This document shows positions 10,710-21,790 of a stretch of 64,000 nt of DNA, in pieces. Source of the DNA: Candidatus Bathyarchaeota archaeon (lineage in GTDB: Archaea; Thermoproteota; Bathyarchaeia; 40CM-2-53-6); NCBI GenBank assembly GCA_963706285.1, contig CAVPLU010000016.1, positions 1 through 64,000 on the forward strand. Reading direction: 5' to 3'. The notes beneath the pieces were generated by a model. The model ran no database searches. It was not told the origin of the DNA and was given only the letters and a program-made list of their open reading frames with translations. Made by a program: the position numbers and the translations under genes. The stretch's first letter is position 1. Each line of letters starts with the position of its first letter.

Positions 10710-13145
10710 CTAGCCACCTATTCTTTTCCGGATTCGAGTCTGGGCGGCGATAGCAGCCATCGCCTGTGAGGCGAACAAAGCTGAGGCGGCGAGACCTGCG
10801 AGGACGATCGTTGATGTTGCAGCCATCGTCACAACAGCTGGAGCGCCAAGAGCGGTTATGAAAGCCACAGCAACAATGGCACTGAATAGAACCGCCACTA
10901 TGGGTACTTGAGACCTCCTAGCAATTCGACGTGCCCTCGAAGAATACACAAGCACAAGAGTGAGTGGTCCGGTTAAGTACACTAGACCCATGAGTGAACT
11001 TACCAGAAGCCCGGATGCAACCGCGCCCGCCTCATGATTCATTGGGAAGAGGTCGAACACTGCAGCTCCGATCCTCAAGATTCCCATTAGAGGATAGAGA
11101 GCGAGTTTCATGATGGTTCTCGCGGTCTGGTGTTCTCTAATGAATTGCGCAACCGTTGGGCTGAACGAATAGTAGAACACGTTGAAAGCGACCATGAAGG
11201 TCGATCCCGCAGTCGTTTTCATGATCGATCTGTCACGGAAGTTCCTCAGGAACTGGACTTCGTCCGAAAGTTCGGACCCGTAAGTGGCGGTAGCAATCAA
11301 GCATGGCCCGGCATTGCCGGGAATCTCGACTGTGATTGTCGCGCTGTGGCTGCGCGAGCCGCTGATTCCGGCAATAGTGATTATGTGATTTCCTATGGGT
11401 GCACCTGAGAGAGTGATTGTGACGAGTGACGATACCGTTCCGCCTATCGGCGGCGTTATGGGAGTCGTTCCGAACACTACAGCCATCCCGTCCGGTTGAC
11501 CGGAACTCGTGAGATTTACTGGCGAAAAGAATACTCCAAGCGATTGGATCGTGACGGCCGAGGTGGCAGATGCACCAGGAGGAATGGATAGATGTGTTGG
11601 GGAGGTCATGATCGCGAAATCGGCCACCCCGGAAGCAATCGTAACGGTCAGATTCGCAGCATGGGTCAGTGAGCCACTTTTTCCCGTTACCTGAAAAGTG
11701 AACGTTCCGGTGGAGGCTATTGGACCCGCCGAAATAATCAACGTTGATGCGACTCCTCTACCAGGGGGAGGAGTGATTGGAGTTGGAAGCGTGAAAGCAA
11801 CGCCTTCCGCTCGTGCTCCTGACCAGGAGCCTGCAAGCTCGACGGCCGAAGTAAAGCCATCGATCGAGGTCACCGTACATGTGCTCGTCCCGTTGGCGCC
11901 TTGCACAACAATCAGTGATGATGGATCGCACTTGATGACGTAGTCCGACTTCAGTGAAATTCTTGCGACCTTGTTAGCTGAAGATTCTAGTGCCCACGCG
12001 TCGCCTGACGCGTCAACGACTAGGTCATGAGGCCGACTTCCAGCAGGCAACATCCACTCTGTAAACGGTTCCGCACTCAAAGTAGCGGGGGTACTCGACG
12101 TTGGAGTGACGGTGGCGGTTGAGGGGAGCATTGGGCCAGCCACGTATGTGAAGAGCTCTCCCCTTATGAGACTGGATCGGGTGGTGGTTGGCTGCGAATT
12201 CGTAATGATTCCACCGGTAGACGGGTCAAGTTCTGCAATCTTGTCTGCTCCTTCTGCAATCCAAGGGTTCTGCGTCACCGGATTTATGCTGATTATTTGG
12301 GCATCAGCACTAACAGTTGGGACTTGCCACTCCGTGTAAGTGTTGTCATTCCGCAAGACACCGACATAGTTGGCGGTGCCGGTCCCGCCGGGGCTTGTTG
12401 AAGTGTACCAGACTTGGCCTAGCTGATCGACATCGACGAAGGCAGCCTGATTTGAAGGATGAGACGGGATAGCCCAAGTGGTGAACTGACTAGCGGCTAT
12501 GTCCCAGTTGACGATGGCGCTGACACCGGCGAGCCAGATGACTCCTGGACCCGCGTGGACACCTTCGGCTCCGCCGCCCGCACCCGCCGGAAGTGTCAGT
12601 CGGTACAGCTCCGCGGTACCTGAATCAGTATCGTAGACGATCTCGCCTATCGAATTCCCATTGAGGTTAGTGAACCATGCTCTGATCTGTTTCTCCGCAG
12701 GCTCAATCGAAATGTACTTGGGGCGTGGATCTTCGGGCAAGTTGTACTCTTTGAATATACCCGTGCTTGGGAAGAAGACAAACACGTTGTTCTTGGCGGA
12801 CTCGGTTCCGAGAACAACCGGCGATCCTGATATCACTGCTAACGCCAAGCTTGTAGGACTTGAGCTAGGTGTGGGGATTGCCCATTCTCGGAAGCTGTTA
12901 GTTGACGGGTCCAGATGAGCTACCTTGTTGCCAGCTGATTCCACGAACCAGCAGCATTTCCCGGACGGATCCAATGCCAAGCCGGTCGGTTGGCTATCGG
13001 GAGTTGGAATTGTCCACTCTGTGAGTGCAGAAGTTGCATCAAGAGCGTAAGCTGATAGAGTAAGGGGAGCTCCAACCATCAGAGGCGTTAGCATCAGAAC
13101 GAGCAAGGCAGTAGGTCTCCACGCCCAAAACGTACGAGCCGTCAA
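10710..13145 (-). CDS. Secreted surface protein: Vgb-like beta-propeller, Ig-like repeats, CFI-box-CTERM anchor
   Basis: Signal peptide; repeated EW.IPT..S.P..L and WF.ES..NKVA.LDP blades; CLIATATYGSEL..VQFLRNFRD followed by TM helices. Confidence 0.85.
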   Translation of the reverse strand: MTARTFWAWRPTALLVLMLTPLMVGAPLTLSAYALDATSALTEWTIPTPDSQPTGLALDPSGKCCWFVESAGNKVAHLDPSTNSFREWAIPTPSSSPTSLALAVISGSPVVLGTESAKNNVFVFFPSTGIFKEYNLPEDPRPKYISIEPAEKQIRAWFTNLNGNSIGEIVYDTDSGTAELYRLTLPAGAGGGAEGVHAGPGVIWLAGVSAIVNWDIAASQFTTWAIPSHPSNQAAFVDVDQLGQVWYTSTSPGGTGTANYVGVLRNDNTYTEWQVPTVSADAQIISINPVTQNPWIAEGADKIAELDPSTGGIITNSQPTTTRSSLIRGELFTYVAGPMLPSTATVTPTSSTPATLSAEPFTEWMLPAGSRPHDLVVDASGDAWALESSANKVARISLKSDYVIKCDPSSLIVVQGANGTSTCTVTSIDGFTSAVELAGSWSGARAEGVAFTLPTPITPPPGRGVASTLIISAGPIASTGTFTFQVTGKSGSLTHAANLTVTIASGVADFAIMTSPTHLSIPPGASATSAVTIQSLGVFFSPVNLTSSGQPDGMAVVFGTTPITPPIGGTVSSLVTITLSGAPIGNHIITIAGISGSRSHSATITVEIPGNAGPCLIATATYGSELSDEVQFLRNFRDRSIMKTTAGSTFMVAFNVFYYSFSPTVAQFIREHQTARTIMKLALYPLMGILRIGAAVFDLFPMNHEAGAVASGLLVSSLMGLVYLTGPLTLVLVYSSRARRIARRSQVPIVAVLFSAIVAVAFITALGAPAVVTMAATSTIVLAGLAASALFASQAMAAIAAQTRIRKRIGG

Positions 13146-13416
13146 GAGCTCACCTTTCCCGCCACCGAACCTTGAATCAGGAGCAGCTGCAGTATGGTTA
13201 CACTGGACCTTTCTTATGTCATCTTCGTTTGCGGGCACGCCGCATGTATCCGGTTTTGTGTGTGTACGCACCAAGCTAGAATCACACACAACGCGTCTTT
13301 CCAGAGGTTAAATTCCAAAGAATCTTTCAGATCGCCCTAACAGTGCGTCATAAAGACAGGTGACGAAAAACATAAGCGAGACAGTCCTTCTTTCAGAACA
13401 CCTCGGGGGCGATACT

Positions 13417-14224
13417 ATGCTACAGATTGGCAAGACCATTAGAATGGACAGAATAATGAACAGACAGACCAAGAGAACTGTAATCATCCCGCTGGATCAC
13501 GGAGTCACCTTGGGGCCGGTGCGCGGACTCCGCAAGATGAATGAGACTGTCGACGCTGTCTCGAGAGGCGGGGCAAATGCAGTTGTGGAGCACAAGGGAA
13601 TCATTCAGGCAGGATATCGAGGATATGGAAAGGACATCGGTCTCATTATGCATATGTCTGCGAGCACCAATCTGGGCCCCGACCCAGGCAACAAGATCGC
13701 CGTTGCTGATGTTGACGAAGCGATAAAGCTCGGAGCAGACGCCGTTTCTGTTCACATAAACATAGGATCCAAGACTGAACCCGATCAGTTGGCATTCCTC
13801 GGACGCACCGCTAAGATCTGTGGAGAATGGTCCATCCCCCTTCTCGCGATGATGTACCCCAGAGGAGAGAAGATCAAGAACGAATTTGACGTGGAAGTCG
13901 TTGCGCATGCTGCTACGAGTTGGCGCTGAACTGGGGGCGGATGTGATCAAGACCAACTACACAGGAAGCATTGAATCGTTTAGAGAGGTTGTGCTAGGAT
14001 GCCCGGTGCCTGTCGTTATGGCGGGCGGACCAAAAACGGAGACACATGAGGAGTTCTTCCGAATGGTCCATGATTCGGTGAAAGCCGGCGGATGCGGTGT
14101 CTCGGCTGGAAGAAATGTGTTTCAAGCCGATGATCCAACAAAAATGGTCCAAGTGCTCTGTGGCATAGTTCATGAGCAACTGAGCGCGGAAGCCGCTGTA
14201 GAGAAATACATGAAACGAACCTAG
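13417..14224 (+). CDS. DhnA-type class I aldolase, probably ADH synthase (AroA'), frameshift near 13910
   Basis: [55 protein letters not shown]. Confidence 0.85.
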
Positions 14225-14372
14225 TATTCGAAGCCGCCCCCTTTCACCTCGATTCCGAAAACTAGTTAGAAGAGAGCTTCTAGGCGCCGAGAATTTTTGT
14301 CTTGACAGCCGCACCAGCCGACCCGGTGGCGGACGATAGGTTATTAATCGATCGTATTCGCCTTTTTCCAAC

Positions 14373-15468
14373 ATGAGAGAGAAGGGCGAACTTGTCGAGA
14401 GCATGTACGTGCGCGTAGACTATCTAGCCCTGACTGATTTCGTTGTGCAGGTTTTGCAGAAATTCGGCGTGCCTGACGAGGATGCGACAATTACGGGTCA
14501 GAACTTGGTCAAAGCAGACCTCAGAGGCATAGAGTCTCATGGAGTTGCAAGACTGAAGCGTTACACTGATGGCCTGAATAACGATGTGGTAAGAACACAT
14601 CCAAACATAAGGACGATTCGCGAATCCCCGGTCACGGCTTTGGTGGACGGCGACTTTGGATTGGGTCAAGTCGTGTCTTACAGGGCGATGAGTCTTGCAA
14701 TCGAAAAGGCAAGGAAGAGTCATGTCGGTTTGGTCGGTGTTCGCAACAGTAACCACTTCGGAATCGCCGGATTCTACGGCCTCATGGCAGCTCGAGCACG
14801 ACCTAATCGGACTTGTCATGACGAATACCCGGCCGTTGGTGACCCCTACCTTCTCAAGAGGGAAGATGATAGGCACTAACCCGTTGTGTGTCGCGGTGCC
14901 GACGGGTGGGAAAGGATTCGTACTCGATATGGCTACTAGTGTGGCGCCGATCGGAAAGATGGAGGTAGCCAAGAGGCTCGGCAAGAAAGTTCCTATGGGT
15001 TGGGGCATTGATCCGGAGGGGAACTTGACAGATGACCCGAGCAGCATATCGAAGGGTGCGCTACTTCCTCTGGGGGGACTAGGTGAGGTTCTCGGAGGCC
15101 ACAAGGGTTACGGTTTGGCGGCCGTCGTAGACATTTTCTGTGGCATCCTTACAGGAGCACACTTCGGCTCGACGGTCGGAGAGACGCAAGGTCCTGATCC
15201 GGCCAATGTGGGCCACTTCTTTGGAGCAATCAATCCGGAGTCTTTCATGCCGTTGTCCGAATTCAAGCATCGGATGGACCAGTTGATCGGATCACTCAAG
15301 TCGGGCGAGAAGCTGCCTGGAGTCGAAGAGATATACATCGCAGGCGAGAAGTCGGCATACACAGAAGAAATCAGAAAGAAGATAGGCGTGGCACTGGATC
15401 TCGAGACGATTAAGATGCTTAGACAATTGAGCGCCGAGACGGAGGTGCCCTTTACATTAACCAAGTAA
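14373..15468 (+). CDS. Ldh_2 family oxidoreductase (malate/L-sulfolactate dehydrogenase-like), frameshift near 14790
   Basis: ADLRGIESHG, RNSNHFG, GTNPL, DMATS, GHKGYGL. Confidence 0.88.
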
Positions 15469-15479
15469 CGGCATCGACG

Positions 15480-15600
15480 AGTCGTTGTGTGTGGGTGGAT
15501 CTCTTGGAGCGAGCGTTGTAATTTGAACAACTGGTTTTGTGTGTGGGTAGGCTGGTGCGGGCGCCCGAATTTGAACACTCGTCGTCGTTCAACGTTTTCC
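15480..15600 (-). repeat. Dispersed tRNA-3'-end-like repeat, copy D (two tandem units, 48-nt period)
   Basis: Minus strand GTTCAAAT-tcgggcgcccgc-A-CCA (15576-15553) and GTTCAAAT-tacaacgctcgc-T-CCA (15528-15505), each followed by a cccacacacaa tail. Confidence 0.8.
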
Positions 15601-15711
15601 TTGTGTGCGGATCTCTTGTTGCGAATCCAAGAAAAGAAGATCTGGCTGGCAATGGATCTTCTTACCCCACCGTAGGAACATGGGCCAGCTCTGACTTTTG
15701 GTGATTGACCT

Positions 15712-16450
15712 TTGACTAGAGGAAAGCGCGGCTACAAACGCGGATATCCTATAGCTGTTCTGGTTGGGTTTGAGGAGAGAAGGGCGGTTCTGTGGCGCGT
15801 CTTCAGCGAATTAGTGAAACGGGATAGCATAGTGGAACGTGAAGATGGAAAGACGCTGTACGATTTCTATGAGTCAATTGTGAACGCGTTGCGGCCAATG
15901 TTCAAAGAAGGAGTCAGAAGCACACTAGTCGCGGCCCCTGCGAGGACAGACTACGCAAAGGATTTCCTCACGCATATCCGAAGGCATCATGCGTGGCTTG
16001 TTCGAGATGGCCCCAATGCTGCAACCTTCGGAGAATTGGTGGGCTCCGCGGGCCAACCTCACGAAGTCCATGAGCTCGTGAGAACTAAAGAGTTCCACGA
16101 TGTGATTGGTGAGACGAGATCTCGAGATGCTGATGGTATTGCCGCAGTCTTGGAGAGGAGTCTCAACCTGAGATAGCGGCGAGGCAGTGTCGTACGCACT
16201 TGAGGAAATAGAGAGCCTAGTTTATGGTCGGCAAGGACAAAGTGACCTCAGGCCAGATCAAATTGTTCTAACTGACAGATACCTTGCGGAAACCAAGAAC
16301 AAAGGTAGAATCCAGAGACTTCTACAGATCTCAAAGAACAAAGGCATCAAGACTACAATCGTCAACGCTAAGACTGGACCGGGGCTTCGTCTCAGTCAGC
16401 TTGGAGGGTTAGTCTGCTTCTCCAACTCAAACGAGAAGAAGCGAAAATGA
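15712..16450 (+). CDS. Pelota/eRF1 domain 2+3-like protein lacking the N-terminal domain (frameshift near 16170)
   Basis: FYESIVNAL..LVAAP..KDFL middle domain; SYALEEI..IVLTD..GLRLSQLGGLVCF resembles eRF1 domain 3. Confidence 0.65.
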
Positions 16451-16551
16451 ACGAGAAGCACGTGGAATGGAGATCATCCCAATCATCGTGCCATTCTCTT
16501 TACGTGTGCGGATCTAGGACGTTACCTCTATTCTGGCAGGGATTTCTGTAT

Positions 16552-17250
16552 TCAGGTGTGATTGCCGTCGCAGAAGGGTTTGTTCTCTGATTTTCCACAA
16601 CGACACAAGGTAACGCGGTTTCTCGTTTCGTATCCGGTCCCGTCTGATGACTCGAGAGGTATCCCGCCTTCCAACCAAATTGGTCCGTGACTTTTTTCTC
16701 GTGGGTTCTCTACTAGACTGATACGTGGTTCTGACTGAGGCTCAATTGATTTTCCAGTATCTTTGTCCCAGACCACTAGCCTTCCTGAGGGGCAGTCCCA
16801 TGTTTCCTGAATCGCAATTTCCCTCGCCTTTGTATTGTCAGAATTTTCTGTGAGTTTCCAAACCCCGCCTGCCCTGTGGCAGAACCTTGCAGCAGCACAA
16901 AATGCGTGGGCATCAGTCAAGACTAAGTTAGGCCCTGATATCGTGTGGGCCTGTTCAGCATACTTTTTCCTAATGGCAGTCTCGGTGCCATCGAAGATGA
17001 TCCTCGTATGCGTTTTGTCGCAATAGGGCTTGTTTGCCGATCGCCCGCAACGACAAAGGTCATACTTTTCCTGATTTGGGTAGTGACGGCCCTCTTCCCA
17101 TTTGACAGGGGTACCCTCAATGTCTGATACTATGATCTTCTCAGCGAGAGGCAAGTTGCCGGAAACAAGATAAGGGCCGTCTCTTGAAACTACCACCTTA
17201 CGGTTCTTCATTTTCGAATCTCCAGTAGATCCCTCTCCGTTCACGGTCAT
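16552..17250 (-). CDS. CDGSH iron-sulfur domain protein (two CDGSH motifs)
   Basis: LCRCGRSANKPYCDKTH and LCRCGKSENKPFCDGNH flanking CAAARFC..CPSGRL. Confidence 0.9.
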   Translation of the reverse strand: MTVNGEGSTGDSKMKNRKVVVSRDGPYLVSGNLPLAEKIIVSDIEGTPVKWEEGRHYPNQEKYDLCRCGRSANKPYCDKTHTRIIFDGTETAIRKKYAEQAHTISGPNLVLTDAHAFCAAARFCHRAGGVWKLTENSDNTKAREIAIQETWDCPSGRLVVWDKDTGKSIEPQSEPRISLVENPREKSHGPIWLEGGIPLESSDGTGYETRNRVTLCRCGKSENKPFCDGNHT

Positions 17251-17288
17251 TCACAACCCTCCCTATGTTTCATCTGCGCGTCTCAGTT

Positions 17289-18212
17289 CTACAATGCAGT
17301 TCCTTTGCCTATGATGCGCATCTTCTTGGCATTCAGGTCTAGTAATAGGAAAGTGTCTCTCGGCGTGTAGACTATCGGTTTTTCAGATTCGATAGCGATA
17401 GAGGTTTCGCTCTTCTTGGTGACTGTAACGGGGATCGTCTGCATGCCCACAGTAACATGGAAAGCACCCTCTCTAACGTCGTCGGAATAGAATGGGCTCT
17501 TCATGAAGGAGAGGTCTACTGTTGTACTCACCTTAGCATCACTAGGAACACATAGAACTGAGCCTCTTTCCATCTCGTCAACAGTCGCACCCTTAATGGC
17601 TAGGCCAACTCTTGATCCAGCTTCGGCTTCATCGTAGTCTTCATCCTGCATTTGTATTGAACGAACCATCACTTCCTTACCTGCTGGCAACAACGAGAGC
17701 TTGTCGTATTTCCTTACGATACCTCTCTTCACAAACCCGAGTATTACCTCACCCACTCCCCTAACACTGAACGAGTTGTCAACCACAACCACAGGCGGAG
17801 ATACTGTATCCCTATCTGGGTGAATGTTTTTGAGAAGTCCCAGGATCTTCGCTGGGTCCCTATTTTCAATGATGAACGACTTGAGAGACGTCTCTTTGAT
17901 TATCGCTGTTATGCGGTCAGGCATCGCGTACGGTGAGGCTACGGCGATTCCCTTGGAAATCCCCAGAGAGTCCAGCATCACGACTGTCTCCCCCAGTTCT
18001 CTTGTCATCTCGGTGAACGTAACTATGGCTACGTCAATGCTGGAGATTATCTCGCTTTTTGCTGATAGTTTGTCTTCGAGAGGGTACATGAAAGTGAGTA
18101 TGTGCTCATCCATCTTCCTGTTGAGAATCACTATATCGGTCTCAGTATCCTTCTTACCCAGTTCTCGACTGAGCGTATCGTCGTGGAATATGCCGACCGC
18201 AAGATGTTTCAT
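17289..18212 (-). CDS. SelB/EF-Tu-like protein with a degenerate G domain
   Basis: VDNSFSVRGVGEVILG, VRSIQMQ, GSRVGLA (EF-Tu domain II); ELGKKDTETDI with no canonical GxxxxGKT. Confidence 0.8.
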   Translation of the reverse strand: MKHLAVGIFHDDTLSRELGKKDTETDIVILNRKMDEHILTFMYPLEDKLSAKSEIISSIDVAIVTFTEMTRELGETVVMLDSLGISKGIAVASPYAMPDRITAIIKETSLKSFIIENRDPAKILGLLKNIHPDRDTVSPPVVVVDNSFSVRGVGEVILGFVKRGIVRKYDKLSLLPAGKEVMVRSIQMQDEDYDEAEAGSRVGLAIKGATVDEMERGSVLCVPSDAKVSTTVDLSFMKSPFYSDDVREGAFHVTVGMQTIPVTVTKKSETSIAIESEKPIVYTPRDTFLLLDLNAKKMRIIGKGTAL

Positions 18213-18346
18213 GGCGCGATGAATATTATCGCAGAATATCAATTCTCATGTATTTGCAAGGAGTATGAGTTGGAGGTACACAAGCTTCTCCTGTTCTATC
18301 CAAAGAGAGAAAAGGTCGGAGGCATGATATATCGAGAGGCGCTGAC

Positions 18347-18793
18347 GTGTTGACTGCGAACCACACCATGTACATTTCAAAGACCATTAACGCTCCTCTA
18401 CGATTCGTCTACGATTGGTGTACCGACTTCAGGGAAGACGACAGGAAGATGATAGGTTCAAAGAGGAAGAGAATAATCTTGCAGAAGACGAAACGTCGTG
18501 TAGTCTACAGCTATATCTACCGACGAGGAGGCAAGATCAGGAACGCTGTAAATATCGTGACGCTCCAGCCTCCAAGGGCTTGGCATTTGGATTCTCCTGG
18601 GCAGGACTGCGATGAGATCGGTGACTACCGATTATCGAGTCTTGGTCCCAAAAAGACGAAGCTGGATATGACCTTCAAGGAACATTACAAGATTCATGGG
18701 GCGCCGACAAGAGAGGAAGACATCAAAAGCATCAGTGAAGCTTGGGACAAATACGTGGCAGTTCTCGAAAGAGACTATGCACGCCGGGAATGA
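18347..18793 (+). CDS. SRPBCC/START-like hypothetical protein
   Basis: ISKTINAPLRFVYDWCTDF N-terminus typical of the fold. Confidence 0.5.
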   Translation: MLTANHTMYISKTINAPLRFVYDWCTDFREDDRKMIGSKRKRIILQKTKRRVVYSYIYRRGGKIRNAVNIVTLQPPRAWHLDSPGQDCDEIGDYRLSSLGPKKTKLDMTFKEHYKIHGAPTREEDIKSISEAWDKYVAVLERDYARRE

Positions 18794-19275
18794 GTTGGAC
18801 CGGTCAGTATTTCGGGGTATGAGATTGACGGTGTCTGCTGCTTGGAGTTGGGGGATTTGCTGAGGATGTCCCACAATTCCTCTTCCAAAGTGGCGCCGTG
18901 TTGAGTCTTCTCGACGAAGCGTCCGATCTCTCTCCAGCTTTTGTCATGAATGACAATGGTTGGGATTCGGAGTACGCGCATCTCTTCCGCGATGTCTCGG
19001 TTCTCGTCAAAATCCACAACCTTGACTGAGACGTTGCTGTTCTTGGCTGCGATGAGGAGTTTCGCTAGACTGGGAATATGAGCGCGACATTCAGCATCCC
19101 ATTCAGCAGAGAAAACTACCATGAAGTAACGTGTATCGATTGTTGAGAATCTGTCAATTATCTCCAGTTTGGGCTGATACTCCTGTACTCGACGCTTCAT
19201 TGTTTGCTTACTGCTTGGATTCTTCACGGTGTTGATGTAGTCGAAAATGTCTTGACCGAGCTTCATCGCCATCAA
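18775..19275 (-). CDS. Thioredoxin-fold protein with a DxxC active site
   Basis: FSAEWDAECRAHIP, IPTIVI, EIGRFVE. Confidence 0.7.
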   Translation of the reverse strand: MMAMKLGQDIFDYINTVKNPSSKQTMKRRVQEYQPKLEIIDRFSTIDTRYFMVVFSAEWDAECRAHIPSLAKLLIAAKNSNVSVKVVDFDENRDIAEEMRVLRIPTIVIHDKSWREIGRFVEKTQHGATLEEELWDILSKSPNSKQQTPSISYPEILTGPTHSRRA

Positions 19276-19350
19276 AAAGTCGTCAACTCAGCAGAGTGCA
19301 TTTCTATGAGGTCAGAAATCTCGTTGATAATTCATTCAGCGTACGACTCT

Positions 19351-21313
19351 CTATTCACGCAAGAACAATTTGTCGGTGTCAAACATGATTTTTCCAGTTT
19401 GAGGATCGCGTCTTGTGACGCCGAAGGCTTCTACCCTCATTCCAGCAAGCTTCCCGGTTGCGTCGATAGGCAAGGCTACCGTACTCGTTCCTTTCGCTAA
19501 TATCTCTTTCTGAGCCCAATTCACGCTCTTGCCGATTAGAGCGTGCGGTTCTTTGCTTCGAACATTCGCCACAATCGTGTCCGTACCATCGTCAAGCCGC
19601 ATACGGGTTGTAAGCAGCCAAGTCGGTTCAGCCTGCGACCCGTGAGTGGAGCAAACGAAGTGGTCATCTGAGGGGGCAACCGGTTGCTCGCATTGACTGC
19701 AAATAGAAGTCAGCGCAGCCCCGTCTTCAGCATCTAGCACGATCGCTCTAACCCAAACCTGCTCGTTCTCCTTGAGTGTAAGGAACTGCCTGAACTCATC
19801 AGGGGAAGGCCCTGCACTCTCGGCGCGAGCCAACACTTCAAGCTTCGAAGCTTGGACCGTGTTGAATTCTGTATCACCTGACTAGGCCCGGTTTGGGTAC
19901 TAGACCGTAGATGCGTATCCTTGAACCGCGCTTCAGTTTGCCAGCTTCGGTCGCGTGTGATCTCCAAAATGAGACTCTTGCCTCGCCTGTCTCGTCTCGA
20001 ATTCGAGTTGATGTGACTTGGATGTTCTCGCCTTTTCCGGTCGTTATGTCCCTCGTCTCGGGATCCGTAGCAACTTCTCCCTCCAACGCGACAAGCTCAG
20101 GTTGTGATCCGATCTGAGTTATCTTGCTGATCTTGACCTCTACTGTTAGGCCTTTTTCACTCACTTTCTGAATTACTGCTGTTTTTCCTGCGCTTATTGA
20201 TACCTGGCCGAGTTGCAGGGTCGGCCTTGCGTCTTCAATCTGGATGAGATCACCGATTTTCAGCTCAGCCGATAACGCCGCCTTATCGTCCCACAGGGAA
20301 ACAGAGGTTATCCCGGTCTCATCGCCAACGAGAATTCGTGAGACTGAAACCTTCTCGCCAGTTTTACGTTGCACTTCTTGCGCGTTACTCGCTCCGACAA
20401 TGCGTGCCACAAGATTCGCTGCTGGCAAGTCCGGTTTCAATTCAGATATCTTGTGAAGCTTCATCTCTGGAATCGTAAAGCCTTCTGGCGGTTTCTCGAG
20501 AAGAGTCACCTTTGCCATGTTGTCGAGATGCACCTCTAGGCGTCCGAGGTTATCTCGACGTAATCTGCCGCCTTGAACTCGTAGGATATCACTTTTGTTG
20601 AGGTTTTTCAATTCCTCGGCTTTTTCATTCCATGCAACTAGGGCGATCGACCCGGTATTGTCCGTAAGTATCGTTCTCAGCACCGCGCCCTTCTGCCCAT
20701 TCCTATCGAATTCGTAGAATCTTGGTTCCGAATGGATGATGCCGAGCAGGTTCAGCTCTAAGACAGGTTCCTGTATAGCTCCTATCGCTGTGATCGGGCG
20801 TGCGGTTGGAGGGCCGGCTTCAGCAGTGATCGTGATTTCGCTTCTTTCTCCTGCGTTAAGTTCCGGTTCGCCTGTTAGACCGGCGCGTGTGTAGCCATGC
20901 CTTACCGTTATTGATTTCCCTACTATGTCGCCTTGTTTGGCGACTTCATCGGCTTTGTCATCCCAAATGGCGCATCGAATCTTACCAGTCAGATCTTCAA
21001 AAATAACGTTCACAACGCGACCGGTAGAACCATCTTGCCGTACGAAATCTCTTGACGACTCGATGGACACGACCTTCCCACTCAGAGTCGTGTCATTCAA
21101 TCCGGCGACCAAGTCTCGAATCATCATGCTCGGAACAGCGACATGTTCGGTTTCGATCAGAAGTTCCTCGGCTACGAGTCTAGCGGCACCTTGGTCGGAG
21201 AGGAGACCGTCAAAGTTGCGCTTCTTCTCTTCAATGAGCTTGTGTAGCTGCTCGTGGGTGAAGTCTTTGCGCTCGGCTAGGATCTTCTCAATGAGCTCCT
21301 CCATCGAGGCCAA
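19351..21313 (-). CDS. rpa: Replication protein A (multi-OB-fold SSB with Zn finger), frameshift near 19875
   Basis: Repeated DxTGxI..W OB folds, GLLSDQGAARLVA N-terminus, CSQC..CSTHG Zn site, LDDGT. Confidence 0.88.
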
Positions 21314-21424
21314 ACATCTATCTCCTACAAGTCCTGATGCAATCGCAGTCGCGTTAGATTCAATTCGACCTTATTACGGTCTCAACCCTTATAATCGAAC
21401 ATTACGGTAAACGAAAACAGTTGG

Positions 21425-21760
21425 ATGGCGAAAGGGATGACTACGAACGCTCGCATGTTGACGACCTTGGCTTGGGGACTGTTCTTCATTCTTGTCGGCG
21501 GGGCTTGGATTTACGGTGAAACCTTCCGGGTTGATGTGGGCACCGTGATCGCGCTCGGTGTAGGGCTCATACTCATCGGGTTGAACCTAGCCCGAAGCAG
21601 CATAGGCGTCAGCATGAGTAAGTTCAGCCTCGGCATTGGCATACTCGCATTACTCATAGGACTCGCACGCTACTTTGGCTTGAAGCTGGATATACTTCCA
21701 CTAATCATAATCCTGATCGGGCTCTTCATAATCGCAGAAACAATCGCAAGAAGAAGATAG
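21425..21760 (+). CDS. Small four-TM membrane protein
   Basis: 111 aa, almost entirely hydrophobic helices. Confidence 0.7.
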   Translation: MAKGMTTNARMLTTLAWGLFFILVGGAWIYGETFRVDVGTVIALGVGLILIGLNLARSSIGVSMSKFSLGIGILALLIGLARYFGLKLDILPLIIILIGLFIIAETIARRR

Positions 21761-21790
21761 AAGATAAACTTGGAAGGCTCTGCGCCTCCC

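Noticed and set aside
14281-14320. cttgacagccgc-A-CCA as another copy of the dispersed repeat
   Set aside because: It has the CGCACCA end but lacks the GTTCAAAT and CGACGAC parts, so it is too weak to count.
15480-15600. Tandem repeat units as real or split tRNA genes, or a CRISPR array
   Set aside because: No T-stem pairing, no D or anticodon arm, no splice leader seen, and the units are too divergent for CRISPR repeats.
9895-16176. TAG stops splitting the FrhB-like and pelota-like genes as pyrrolysine or readthrough
   Set aside because: The downstream halves are in different frames, so these are indels rather than in-frame amber codons.
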